Below are positions 9,665 through 19,835 of a stretch of 64,000 nucleotides of DNA, in pieces. Below the pieces are notes generated by a model. That model did not search any database and was not told the origin of the DNA. It saw nothing but the letters and a program-made list of their open reading frames with translations. Each line of letters opens with the position of its first letter. Positions within the stretch are counted from its first letter, which is position 1. A program made the translations under genes and the position numbers. Origin of the DNA: an uncultured Alphaproteobacteria bacterium (GTDB lineage: Bacteria > Pseudomonadota > Alphaproteobacteria > UBA8366). Location of the stretch: positions 80,879 to 144,878 of the forward strand of contig CAVQDH010000006.1 in the NCBI GenBank assembly GCA_963711215.1, in the 5' to 3' direction.

Positions 9665-10639
9665 CTACTTGACCGCGGCCGTCTTGCCCGTTTCCGCCGA
9701 TTTGACGATCGCCTCGAACACCGCGATGCCGTGGATGGCCTCGTCGTTCGGCAGCGGGTAGGGCGCTTTCCCGGCAACCGCCGCGGCGAAGGCCTCAAGC
9801 TCCGCCCGCTCCTTGTCGAAGCGCGGATACTCGGTGTGCTCCGGATCGCCCTGGATCGGCCGGAAGGTGAAGGAGCGCTCGTTACGGATCTCGACCGTGC
9901 CCTTGGTGCCGAAGACCTCGATACGCTGCGTTGGCGTCGTTGCGGCAAGTGTGGCGAGATAGCCGGTCATCCCGTTCTGGAAGCGGAACAGCATCGAGGT
10001 GGTGTCGTCCAGGTCGATGGCGATCGCGCGGCGGATGCTGATCGCGCGGACGTCGGCCAGCGGGCCGAACAGGTTGATCGCCATGTCGACCATGTGGATG
10101 CCCATGGCGCCCATGCCGCCGGCCGGGCTCTCTTCGCGGTTGGCCCGCCAGTTGTCCGGCCGGAAGCTCAGCCCGCTGGAGCCCGAATGGTTCAATTCGG
10201 CGTGCAGGATCGTGCCGAGCGCGCCCGCCTTCAGCCGTGATTTGAGCTCGAGCACGGCCGGCAGGAAGCGCCGGTTGTGTCCGAGCGCGAGCACGACGCC
10301 CGCCTTGTCGGCGGCAGCGACCGATTTCGCGGCGCTGGCTTTCGTCAGGGTGAACGGCTTCTCCACGAAGATATGCTTGCCGGCCTTGGACGCCGCGACG
10401 ATCTGGTCCGCATGCTGCTGGTGCGGGGTCGCGAGGACGACCGCATCGATCGACGGGTCCTTCAGCATGGCGGCGTAGTCGCTGCCGAGCGAAAGCCCGT
10501 GCTTCTTGGTGAAATCGGCGGCTTTGGCCGGCGTGCGCGTAATCCCCGCGGTGAATTGGATCGCGTCGCTCTTTCCCTGAACGGACTCGACCAGGACCTG
10601 ACCCCAACGGCCGAGCCCGACAATGGCGGCTTTCAGCAT
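9665..10639 (-). CDS. Gfo/Idh/MocA family oxidoreductase
   Basis: MLKAAIVGLGRWG Rossmann N-terminus and an EKP motif (FVEKPFT). 324 aa. Confidence 0.85.
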   Translation of the reverse strand: MLKAAIVGLGRWGQVLVESVQGKSDAIQFTAGITRTPAKAADFTKKHGLSLGSDYAAMLKDPSIDAVVLATPHQQHADQIVAASKAGKHIFVEKPFTLTKASAAKSVAAADKAGVVLALGHNRRFLPAVLELKSRLKAGALGTILHAELNHSGSSGLSFRPDNWRANREESPAGGMGAMGIHMVDMAINLFGPLADVRAISIRRAIAIDLDDTTSMLFRFQNGMTGYLATLAATTPTQRIEVFGTKGTVEIRNERSFTFRPIQGDPEHTEYPRFDKERAELEAFAAAVAGKAPYPLPNDEAIHGIAVFEAIVKSAETGKTAAVK

Positions 10640-10784
10640 GCGCTTCCCCGTGATGATTGGTTCGGTGGCGGATGTGCCCTGAGGCGGGCCACACTATCGC
10701 GCGTAAGAAAACGGCCGGCAAGAGCGCCGGCCGCCGGAAAGATCTTCCCGCGCGTCGCGCGCGGCCTGTCGGTCGGGCGCGGCG

Positions 10785-11414
10785 TCAGCCTTCGGATGCG
10801 CTGGACAGCTTCGTCACCTTATCGCGAAGCATGCCGATCAGCCCGTCGACGCCATGGCGCCGGAGGATGGACTCGAACTCGGACCGCTGCGTGATCGCCA
10901 TGCTGACGCCCTCGACGTAGATGTCGATGATCTTGTAGCGGTCGCCTTCCTGCCGGACGCGCCAGTTGGCATCGAATCCGTCGCCGCCGGACTTGCTGAT
11001 CCGGGTATAGACGATGACGTCATGTTTTCCTGCCGGCGTGGATTTGAGCACATGGAATTGTTCGCCGGAATAGCCGCCGAGGCGCACCGAGTAGGTCTTC
11101 AACACCCATTCGCTGAACAGCTTCTGGTAGGTGTCCTTCTGGGCGGAATTCATCTGCCGCCAGTAGGAGCCGGCCACGAAGCGCGCGATCTGCTCCATCG
11201 CGAAATCGTTCCGCAGAAGATCGCGGAAACGCTCTTCGCGGTCACGCAGCGATCCGTTCGGCGAGGACAGAACCTGGATCGCCTGGGTCGCCAGATGCTC
11301 GATGAAATTGCCGGGGTCGCCAGGCGCGGCCTGCGACTGTGCGGTTGCGGTCTGAGCTAATGAAAGCCCGAGAACCAGCGCTACCGCATGAAAGATGCGA
11401 CGTTTGCTCATCAT
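10785..11414 (-). CDS. MlaC/Ttg2D family phospholipid-binding periplasmic protein
   Basis: Signal peptide MMSKRRIFHAVALVLGLSLAQTATA. Body resembles Ttg2D/MlaC (FVAGSYWRQ..., YKIIDIYVEGVSM). Start moved to the internal ATG. Confidence 0.7.
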   Translation of the reverse strand: MMSKRRIFHAVALVLGLSLAQTATAQSQAAPGDPGNFIEHLATQAIQVLSSPNGSLRDREERFRDLLRNDFAMEQIARFVAGSYWRQMNSAQKDTYQKLFSEWVLKTYSVRLGGYSGEQFHVLKSTPAGKHDVIVYTRISKSGGDGFDANWRVRQEGDRYKIIDIYVEGVSMAITQRSEFESILRRHGVDGLIGMLRDKVTKLSSASEG

Positions 11415-11580
11415 GAAACTTCTCTCGTGCCACCTGCTTACTCGGCCACCTATCCCTACCGGGTAGGTAACCCTCGCCCCTTTGTTTAGCTGTATACCCA
11501 AAATTTGCTAGGTGTTTAATTAAATTGCGACGCTATTTCGGATTATTATCTAAGCTATTGGAAAATATACATTAACCACT

Positions 11581-11601
11581 GAAACGCCCGGTATCCCGGG
11601 C
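11581..11601 (-). terminator. possible small intrinsic terminator after folB-like gene
   Basis: GCCCGG-TATC-CCGGGC hairpin followed on the minus strand by GTTTC. Short stem and weak U tract. Confidence 0.3.
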
Positions 11602-11623
11602 AAAATTGGGTAACGCGAAAGTA

Positions 11624-12100
11624 TTAGGGCTTCTCGGTGAGCCTGAACCGCTGCTGAGGCGCCTCCTTTGCTAAATCGCGCCGAAAACGCTTGATTTCCA
11701 CGCCGACGCTTGCCGCGTCATGGATGGCCTCGAGCTTTTCCACGCGAACCGTGACTTCTTCCGCATGCGGCTCCGAAAGGCACATCATCGCGATCTTATG
11801 GGCCACGGTTTCGGCCAGCTTGACATGACCGGCCGCAGCCATTTGGCGAATTTTCTCTATGATTCTCTCGTAACAGGTGACGTCGTGGTAATTGTCGGCG
11901 GACGGGTCAACCTGCTCCCGGACGATCAGGTCCAGGTTGATTCGCACCCGCTGCCGCCGGTCCTCCTCGTGACGGCGAACGCCAATTCGCCACGGCAGCA
12001 CCAGATCCCGCACGATGATCCGGTAGGTGGGGGCCGTCGCGCGGCCGTCTTCGGCGGCGGCGGGCGGCGGGGCCTCATTCTGGTGACGCGCTGTCCTCAA
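11624..12100 (-). CDS. folB: dihydroneopterin aldolase family protein
   Basis: FolB-like core (IIVRDLVL..IGV...E...QRVRINLDL). Divergent from folP-folK. Has an N-terminal extension. Confidence 0.6.
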   Translation of the reverse strand: MRTARHQNEAPPPAAAEDGRATAPTYRIIVRDLVLPWRIGVRRHEEDRRQRVRINLDLIVREQVDPSADNYHDVTCYERIIEKIRQMAAAGHVKLAETVAHKIAMMCLSEPHAEEVTVRVEKLEAIHDAASVGVEIKRFRRDLAKEAPQQRFRLTEKP

Positions 12101-12292
12101 TGGTGCTGCTCCAGGATCTGGCTTTTGGACTTAGATATATGTTCGTCGGTGAAGGCCGGGCAAGCCGCCGATGGCCATGACGCGGCGGCGAGAGGAAATT
12201 GTGAAGAGACGCGACATCTACCATATCCTGTGCGATGAAGCTTTTAAAAGCCTGCCGAAGCCGACGGGCGGAAACGTGAAGTAGGGCATTCG

Positions 12293-13195
12293 ATGCGTCT
12301 GGCCGATCGATTTTCCTGGGGCTCGCGCTGTTACGTCATGGGCATCGTCAACGTGACGCCGGATTCCTTTTCCGGCGATGGGCTCGGCGCTGTCGAAGGG
12401 CTGGTTGCCCGCGCCGTCGATCTGGCCGCGCGGTTCATCGACGCCGGCGCGGATATTCTCGACATCGGCGGCGAGAGCACGCGGCCGGGGGCTTCGCCCG
12501 TGGGCGAGGCGGCGGAAATCGCGCGTGTCGTGCCGGTGGTCGCCGCGCTGGCGGCGCGGTTCCCCGAGGCGGTTCTGTCGGTCGACACCAGCAAGGCCGC
12601 GGTCGCTGCGGCCGCGCTCGACGCAGGCGCCGCCTGGGTGAACGACGTATGGGCGCTGAAGGCGGACCCGGCGATGGCGCCGCTGGTCGCGGCGCGCAAG
12701 GCTCCCGTCGTCCTCATGCACAACCGCAGCCGTCCGAAGGCGGTGGAGTCGGACCCGCGATTGGGATCGCAGTATGCCGGTGCGCGGTATCGCCACCTGA
12801 TGGAGGAAGTGGCGGCGGAGCTTACGGCGCTCGCCGAAGACGCGATCGCGGCCGGTATCGAGCGCGGGCAGATCATCCTCGACCCGGGCATCGGATTCGG
12901 CAAGACGGTGGTCCAGAACATGGCCTTGCTCAATCACCTCGATCGCCTGAAAAGTCTCGGCTATCCGCTGCTGATCGGCCCGAGCCGGAAATCCTTCATC
13001 GGCCAGGTTCTCGATCTGGGGCCCGAGGCGCGCGACGAAGGCACCGCCGCGTGCGTCGCGATCGGCATCGCGCGCGGCGCGGATATCGTGCGGGTGCATG
13101 ACGTCGAAGGCTGCGTCCGAGTCGCGAAAATGGTCGACGCGATCATCCGCGCGCCGGCCGACGGCGCGCCCGGCGGAGGCCGGAGGCCGGCATGA
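12293..13195 (+). CDS. folP: dihydropteroate synthase
   Basis: VMGIVNVTPDSFSGDG, DIGGESTRPG and RVHDV motifs. Confidence 0.9.
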   Translation: MRLADRFSWGSRCYVMGIVNVTPDSFSGDGLGAVEGLVARAVDLAARFIDAGADILDIGGESTRPGASPVGEAAEIARVVPVVAALAARFPEAVLSVDTSKAAVAAAALDAGAAWVNDVWALKADPAMAPLVAARKAPVVLMHNRSRPKAVESDPRLGSQYAGARYRHLMEEVAAELTALAEDAIAAGIERGQIILDPGIGFGKTVVQNMALLNHLDRLKSLGYPLLIGPSRKSFIGQVLDLGPEARDEGTAACVAIGIARGADIVRVHDVEGCVRVAKMVDAIIRAPADGAPGGGRRPA

Positions 13196-13683
13196 TGGCG
13201 GAGGTCTTCATCGCGCTCGGCTCGAACCTCGGCGACCGCGCGGAAAATCTGGCGCGGGCCCAGTCGGCGCTGGCGGACGCGGTGGCGATCGGCGTCCGAT
13301 CGTCGGTGCTGGAGACCCGGCCGCAATATGTCACCGACCAGCCGGCGTTCCTCAACATGGTGCTGCGGGGAACGACCGATTTGGCGCCGAAAGCGCTTCT
13401 CGCGTTTTTGAAGAAAATTGAAAGGAATCTGGGACGTAAGCCGGCGCGCCGCTTCGGCCCCAGGCTAATAGACCTTGATATTCTGTATTACGAAGACAAA
13501 ATAGTTAACGAGGCCGATCTGGTCCTGCCGCATCCGCGCATCGCGGAACGTGACTTCGTGCTCGTGCCGTTGGCGGAAATCGCGGCAAATCACCGCCATC
13601 CGGTTACCGGTCAAACGACGGCCGAGATGCTCGATGTGCTTCGGTCGGACAATAATCGCAACGCGCCAAATTGTCGCGATTAA
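13192..13683 (+). CDS. folK: 2-amino-4-hydroxy-6-hydroxymethyldihydropteridine diphosphokinase
   Basis: FIALGSNLGD, RLIDLDIL and LVLPHPR motifs. ATGA overlap with folP. Confidence 0.9.
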   Translation: MMAEVFIALGSNLGDRAENLARAQSALADAVAIGVRSSVLETRPQYVTDQPAFLNMVLRGTTDLAPKALLAFLKKIERNLGRKPARRFGPRLIDLDILYYEDKIVNEADLVLPHPRIAERDFVLVPLAEIAANHRHPVTGQTTAEMLDVLRSDNNRNAPNCRD

Positions 13684-13699
13684 GAAAAACATAATAAAC

Positions 13700-13738
13700 T
13701 TGCAATAGAGTGGAAAATTGTCCCATAATTTTTATGGG
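13700..13738 (+). promoter_or_regulatory. candidate sigma70 promoter overlapped by a perfect inverted repeat, upstream of the XRE gene
   Basis: TTGCAA (13700-13705), 18-nt spacer, CATAAT (13724-13729). IR CCCATAA-TTT-TTATGGG at 13722-13738. Confidence 0.4.
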
Positions 13739-13767
13739 TGGATCCTTGAAGACTAGTGGGCAAGTCT

Positions 13768-14088
13768 ATGAACGCGATCAAGTGTGTAATTGACGAAAAT
13801 CGTATCCAACGCCTGCGCCCGCGCGAGGGGAAGTGGTTCCGCGGTTTGCGGCGGGCGGCGCAAGTAACGCCGCAAGAGCTCGCCGAGCAGGTTGACGTCG
13901 AGTTCGGGCTGATCGATTCGATCGAGCAGGGCACTGCTGAAGTTCCGGCCGCGTTGTATCCGGACTTTGCTGCGGTGTTCGGCATTGCTGCCCGCGAATT
14001 CGCGAAGACCTGCTTGATGTACGAGAACCCGAGCGCCTACGAAGCGCTGTTCGGGGCGTTGCCGCAGGAACTGCGCGTAGCGGCCTAA
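13768..14088 (+). CDS. XRE-family helix-turn-helix protein
   Basis: HTH-like segment GLRRAAQVTPQELAEQVDVEFGLIDSIEQG. ATG 13768 is preferred over GTG 13756. Confidence 0.55.
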   Translation: MNAIKCVIDENRIQRLRPREGKWFRGLRRAAQVTPQELAEQVDVEFGLIDSIEQGTAEVPAALYPDFAAVFGIAAREFAKTCLMYENPSAYEALFGALPQELRVAA

Positions 14089-14171
14089 ATCACCGCTGCG
14101 CCGGGCACCGTCCGGCGACGTATTCGCACATACAGCAAACCGGCATCCGCTCCGCGAGGGTGCGATGCCGG

Positions 14172-15931
14172 CTAGAAGTCCTCGTCGTCCAGATCGAGTA
14201 CGGTCGCGGCGCCGTTGATGACGGTGTCCGCCAAGGCCTGCGCCTGGGGCAGGATGTGCTCGCCGTAGAAGCCGGCGGTCGCACGTTTCGCGCCATAAAA
14301 TCGGTCATCCGCATTTTCGGAAAGACGCTCGGCGGCGACGCCGGCCGCTTTCGCCATCATGGCGCCGCCGGCAACCGTGCCGAACAGGCGCAAATAGGGC
14401 GAGGCGCCCGCCAGTGCGGCGGCCTGATTCCGGGCGCCGCTCTCGACCAGCCAATCCGTCGCTTTTTCCAGCGCGCCGATCGCCTGGCCCATGCGGCCGG
14501 GCAAACCCGCGGCGGGTCCGAGCGTGCCGGCGTCGAGGGCGGCGATATCCCGGCGCAGCGCGGCGATATAGGTCCGCGCCGCGGCGCCGCCGTCGCGCAG
14601 GATCTTCCGGGTGACGAGATCGATCGCCTGGATGCCGTTGGTGCCTTCATAGATCGGCGCGATCCGGGCGTCGCGATAGTGCTGCGCCGCGCCGGTCTCC
14701 TCGATATAGCCCATGCCGCCATGCACCTGGATGCCGAGCGAGGCGACCTCGACGCCGGAATCGGAGCACCACGCCTTGACCACCGGCGTCAACAGGTCGA
14801 TGCGGGACTTGGCGGCGTTGCGCACCGCTTTGTCCGGGTGGCGCTTGGCGATATCGAGCGATGCCGCCGCGTCATAAGCGAAGGCGCGCATCGCCTCGGT
14901 CTGCGCCTTCATGGTCATAAGAATGCGCCGGATGTCGGGATGCTTGATGATTGGGCCGAACTGCACGCGGCTGCGCGCATAGTCGAGCGCCTGCTGGTAG
15001 GCGCGCTCGGCGATCGCCAGGCCGGACAGGCCGATATTCATGCGCGCGTTGTTCATCATCGTGAACATGCAGCGCAGGCCTTCATTCTCCTCGCCGACGA
15101 GATAGCCGATCGCGCCGTCGTTGTCGCCATAGGACATGACGCAGGTCGGGCTGGCGTGGATGCCGAGCTTATGTTCGAGCGAGACGCAGCGCAGGTCGTT
15201 GCGCTGGCCCGGGCTGCCGTCCGCGTTGACCAGGAATTTCGGCACGATGAACAGCGAGATTCCCTTGCTGCCCGCCGGCGCGTTCGGCGTGCGGGCGAGC
15301 ACCATATGGATGATGTTGTCCGTGTAGTCGTGCTCGCCGTAGGTGATGAAGATCTTCTGCCCGGTGATCCGGTAGCGGTCGCCGTCCGGCACCGCGCGGC
15401 TCTTCAGCGCGCCGAGGTCGGAGCCGGCCTGCGGCTCGGTCAGGTTCATCGTGCCGGTCCATTCCCCGGACACCAGCTTCGGCAGGTAAGTGGCTTTCTG
15501 CCGGTCGCTGCCATGCGCGCTCAGCAGCTCGACCGCGCCCATCGTCAGGATCGGGCCGAGCGACCAGGCGGTGTTCGCCGCCGCCCAGCTTTCCATCGCC
15601 GCGGCGGTCACCAGCCATGGCAGGCCATGCCCGCCATACGCCGGATCGAAGGGAATGCTCGGCCAGCCGCCGTCGACGAAGGCGCGATAGGCGTCCTTGA
15701 ACCCGTCGGCGGTGCGCACGACGCCGTTCTCGACCGTGGCGCCCTGCTTGTCGCCGGACGCGTTGAGCGGCGCCAGGATGTCGCGCGCCAGCTTGCCGGC
15801 TTCCTCGACGATCGAGGCGGCGAGCTCTTCGTTCACTTCCTCGCAGCCGGGCAGCCGGCGACGCTGTCGAGCAGGCCGAGCTCGTTCAGGGTGAAGGCGA
15901 TGTCGCGGAGCGGTGCGCTGTAGGTCGTCAT
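14172..15931 (-). pseudogene. long-form acyl-CoA dehydrogenase (about 595 aa), frameshifted near the 5' end as sequenced
   Basis: True N-terminus MTTYSAPLRDIAFTLNELGLLDSVAG (ATG at 15931) is in a different frame from LPGCEEVNEEL.... Apparent 1-nt deletion near 15854. Confidence 0.85.
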
Positions 15932-16046
15932 GCTCGGCCGTTGCCTGCGTTATAGGGGACGCGCTCAGGGGCGTGTCCGAGGCTGCCATTCTGGACCGGC
16001 GGGGTTAACAAAGCGGAAACCCGCACAGCCCAATAAATTGTCGCGT

Positions 16047-17484
16047 TTACAACATTTTGCCGGGGTTCAGGATGCCCTTCGGGTCGAGCGCCGCCTTGAT
16101 CTGGCGCATCAGCCCGAGGTCGAGCGCCGGCTTGTAATGGCGCAGCTCTTCCCGCTTCAGTTGGCCGATGCCGTGCTCGGCGCTGATCGAGCCGCCCATC
16201 TCGACGACGATGTCGTGCACGATGCGGTTGACCTCGTCCCAATGCGCCAGGAACGCCTTGCGGTCCATCGGCTTCGGCTGCGAGAAGTTGAAATGGAGAT
16301 TGCCGTCGCCGACATGGCCGAAACTGCAGGGCCGTATGCCCGGCATGTAATCGATGACTGCCTGGGTCGCCCGGCGGAAGAAGGCCGGAATGGCGCTGAC
16401 CGGCACGGAGATGTCGTGCTTGATGCTGCCGCCCTCGATCGCCTGCGCTTCCGTGATGCCCTCGCGCAGCTTCCAGAAGCTGGCGCGCTGCGCTTCCGAC
16501 TGGGCGATCGTGGCGTCCAGCACGAGGCCGTCCTCGAAGGCGCTTTCGAGCAGCGCTTCCATGTTGGCCGCCATGCCGCTGTCGCCGCGCGCGCCGGAGA
16601 ACTCGATCAGGGCGTATAGGTCGTAGCGCTTCTCCAAAGGATCCACGACACCGGGGATATGCGCCGTCGCCAGATCGACGCCGAAGCGGCCGATCATCTC
16701 GAAGCTGGTGACCGCGTCGCCGCTCGCCTCGCGGGCGCGGGCGAGAAGCTCCAGCACCGCGTCGACGTCGCGCACGGCAGCGAAGCAGGTCTGCACGTCC
16801 TTCGGCAGCGGAAACAGCTTGAGCACAGCCGCCGTAATGACGCCGAGCGTGCCTTCGCTGCCGACGAACAGGTGCTTCATGTCGTAGCCGGTGTTGTCCT
16901 TGCGCAGGCGGCGCAGGCCGTTCCAGACCTCGCCGGACGCCAGCACGACCTCGAGACCCAGCACGAGCTCCCGCGTGTTGCCGTAGCGGAGCACATTGAC
17001 GCCGCCCGCGTTGGTCGAGAGGTTACCGCCGATCTGGCAGGAGCCCTGCGCCCCCAGGCTGAGCGGAAACAGCCGGTCCGCATCGGCCGCGGCGCGCTGG
17101 ATGTCCTGCAGGATGCATCCCGCGTCCGCCGTGATCGTGTAGTTCAGCGGGTCGAGGTCGCGGATGCGATTCATGCGGCCGAGATTGAGGATGATCTCGT
17201 TGCCGCTCGGATGCGGCGTCGCCGCGGCGCACATGCTGGTGTTTCCGCCCTGCGGCACGACGGCAATGCCGTAGTCGCTGCAAAGGGTCATGACCTGCGC
17301 GACCTCTTCGGTCGACGCGGGCCGCACCATCAGGGCGCATTTGCCTGTGTAATGGCCGCGGCGGTCGGTCAGCCAGGGTGCTAAGGTCGTCCGGCGCGTC
17401 GATCCATCCCTTGTCGCCGACGATCGATTTGATCCTCGCCAGTGCCTCGCCGCTGGGCGGGCCTGCGGATGCGTCGGGCGCCAT
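16047..17484 (-). pseudogene. FAD-linked oxidase (GlcD / D-2-hydroxyacid dehydrogenase-like), frameshifted as sequenced
   Basis: N-terminus MAPDAS...IKSIVGDKGWIDAPDD is in one frame. LAPWLTDRRGHYTGKCALMVRPASTEEV and the FAD-binding body are in another. Extra base near 17382. Confidence 0.8.
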
Positions 17485-17598
17485 GCCGTCTACCCCCTGG
17501 ATTGCCGAAAGCCAGTCGCTACAGGGATAAGGATGTAGAGCAACCCGCCGGACAGGTCAAAGGCCCGCCTTTTGAAATATATGATCCTCGTTGGAAGG

Positions 17599-18348
17599 TC
17601 ACGGGGTGTGCGATTCGCCCCCGTCGCCCTCCCAATAGGCCCGGCCGAAATTGAACGGGAATTTGGCGTTGCCGGTATCCGAGCCCGGCGTTCCCGTGGC
17701 GGCGGCAATGGCAGCCGGGTCTACGCTGGCCCGGGCGTCGACGGGAACCAGGTTCTCGACCGGCTCCTTGGAGAAGGTCACGCTCTTAAGCAGCGCGGCG
17801 ACGCTCGCAACGCTCAGTGATTTGCCTTCCTTTGGGCAAATATAACCGAAAAACACGCGCGACGGACGGTCGAAGGAGTCGCGAGGTTGATGGTCCCATT
17901 CCGAGTTGAAAGCGATACACTCGCGGTTATTCTCGACGATCCGGTAGGTCTGGTAATCGATTTCGCCATGCCACGCCGTAACGTGGCGTTCCGGTCCCCA
18001 GGTCAAGGACTTGCCCCCGTTCACGTTCCAGGTATCGGCCATCCGTGACATCCAGTAATCGTATTCCAGCACATAACTGATGCCGAGCGAGACGTCGTAC
18101 ACCGCTTCCATCGCCAAATCATCGGTTTCGTAACGCGCGTATTCGACATGCTCATAGCCGCCGAGATAGGACACGTGGAGCTGTCGCGCGTTCGCCAGCA
18201 TCGGATCGTTGAAACGAATCAGGCTCCGGTCCGCAGGGATTTCCTTCGCTATTGGATACTTCGCGTCGAACACGCCGGCGCAGGCGGACAAGGCGAGCGA
18301 AACGAAGATAACGGCGACGATCGCGCCGGATTTGCGAAACTGCGGCAT
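17599..18348 (-). CDS. hypothetical lipoprotein
   Basis: Lipobox VSLALSAC after a basic N-terminus. GAGGA RBS. Locally lower GC. No family recognised. Confidence 0.6.
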   Translation of the reverse strand: MPQFRKSGAIVAVIFVSLALSACAGVFDAKYPIAKEIPADRSLIRFNDPMLANARQLHVSYLGGYEHVEYARYETDDLAMEAVYDVSLGISYVLEYDYWMSRMADTWNVNGGKSLTWGPERHVTAWHGEIDYQTYRIVENNRECIAFNSEWDHQPRDSFDRPSRVFFGYICPKEGKSLSVASVAALLKSVTFSKEPVENLVPVDARASVDPAAIAAATGTPGSDTGNAKFPFNFGRAYWEGDGGESHTP

Positions 18349-18522
18349 GAAGGATAGTCCTCCCAGACCGGAAGCGGACGGCGACGGGCCGACCTGCTCA
18401 AATCGGTGGATACTGGCGCTCGATATATGCCAATTTACGCGTCCGTCGAGTCAAGAGAAACTACCTATCAGCGTCAAAACTGCGTGAAGTTCAGCGCAGG
18501 CGTTCCGGAGTGAGGCCCAGCC

Positions 18523-18867
18523 ATGCCGACCAAGAAGAACCCGCTCAAGCTCAACAACCTTCAGCTCAAGGCCCTGACGATCATGCAGGCCTATGCGGGG
18601 ACCGACTATGGCGTGCCGGAAGGCGACGCCGGCGAGATCACCGTTACGATGCCGCCGCCGCACGGCGACCATTTTCACGTCGGCGAGGCGGTCGTTTCGC
18701 TGCGGGACGCCACCGGCCTCGTGAATGAAGGGGTCTGGGCCGCGTTGCAGCGCAAAGGGCTGATCCGTCCGTTGATGTTCCCGACCGTCTGTACGCTGAC
18801 GGCTTCCGGGCTCGCCTACGACACGGGCGTGGGCGAGGCGATCCTCCATCGCGCGCATCACCACTGA
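18523..18867 (+). CDS. hypothetical protein (114 aa, C-terminal HRAHHH)
   Basis: ATG with a GGAGTGAGG RBS and GC3-rich codons. No family recognised. Confidence 0.45.
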   Translation: MPTKKNPLKLNNLQLKALTIMQAYAGTDYGVPEGDAGEITVTMPPPHGDHFHVGEAVVSLRDATGLVNEGVWAALQRKGLIRPLMFPTVCTLTASGLAYDTGVGEAILHRAHHH

Positions 18868-18901
18868 GCGGGAGGCGCCGCCGAAGGCGATCGAACGGGA
18901 G

Positions 18902-19786
18902 ATGATGACGATGCCGCACTATCGCTATCCCGATGCCGTGGTTTCCACGGATTGGCTGGAGGCCCACCTGGGCGATCCGTCGCTGCGGATTTTCGACTGC
19001 ACGATCTATCTGCACTACGAGACGGGGACGGGGCGTCCTTATACGGTGGTGAGCGGCCGCGCGGACTACGATGCGGGCCATATTCCCGGCTCCGCCTTCA
19101 TCGACCTCCAGGCCGAGCTTTCCGACGACGCCAGCCCGTATCGCTTTACGATGCTGCCTTGGGACCAGCTCGCCGATGCCTTCGGCCGCCGCGGCGTTGC
19201 CGATGGGACGCGCGTCATTCTCTACAGCCGCACGAACATGCAATGGGCGACGCGGATCTGGTGGATGCTGCGGTCTATCGGGTTCGACACTGCGGCCATC
19301 CTCGACGGCGGATGGGACAAATGGGCGATGGAGGGACGGCCGTCCTCCGCCGAGCCGCACGCCTATCCCCCGGCTAAGCTGCGGGCGCGGCCGCGGCCGG
19401 CGCTGTTCGTCGGCAAGGAAGCGGTGCGGGCCGCGATCGGCGATGCGCAGAGCTGCACCATCAACGCACTTTCGCCCGATCTGCACAGCGGCGAGAATCC
19501 GCGCTACGGCCGGCCCGGCCGGATACCCGGCAGCGTCAACGTGCCGGTGCGCGCCTTGCTCGACCCGAAGACCCAGGCCTTGAAGTCGCCCGAGGCGGCG
19601 ACCGCGGCCTTTGCCGCCGTCGGCGCCGATCCGTCGAAACGCATGATCGTCTACTGCGGCGGCGGCATCGCGGCCACGCTGGACGCCTTCCTGCTGCTGC
19701 AGCTCGGCTACGAGGACGTCGCCGTGTACGACAACTCGATGAGCGAGTGGGCGAAGGACGAGACCCTGCCGATCGAAACGGATTGA
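18902..19786 (+). CDS. rhodanese-domain sulfurtransferase (thiosulfate/3-mercaptopyruvate type)
   Basis: Two rhodanese domains. Active-site loop VYCGGGIAAT. Confidence 0.85.
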   Translation: MMTMPHYRYPDAVVSTDWLEAHLGDPSLRIFDCTIYLHYETGTGRPYTVVSGRADYDAGHIPGSAFIDLQAELSDDASPYRFTMLPWDQLADAFGRRGVADGTRVILYSRTNMQWATRIWWMLRSIGFDTAAILDGGWDKWAMEGRPSSAEPHAYPPAKLRARPRPALFVGKEAVRAAIGDAQSCTINALSPDLHSGENPRYGRPGRIPGSVNVPVRALLDPKTQALKSPEAATAAFAAVGADPSKRMIVYCGGGIAATLDAFLLLQLGYEDVAVYDNSMSEWAKDETLPIETD

Positions 19787-19809
19787 CGGCCCGGAATTTC
19801 CCGGGCCGT
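19786..19809. terminator. hairpin between convergent genes (possible bidirectional terminator)
   Basis: Perfect 9-bp stem ACGGCCCGG / CCGGGCCGT with loop AATTTC. No clear U tract. Confidence 0.35.
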
Positions 19810-19835
19810 CCATTCCGTCACGTCAGGCCGTCGCG

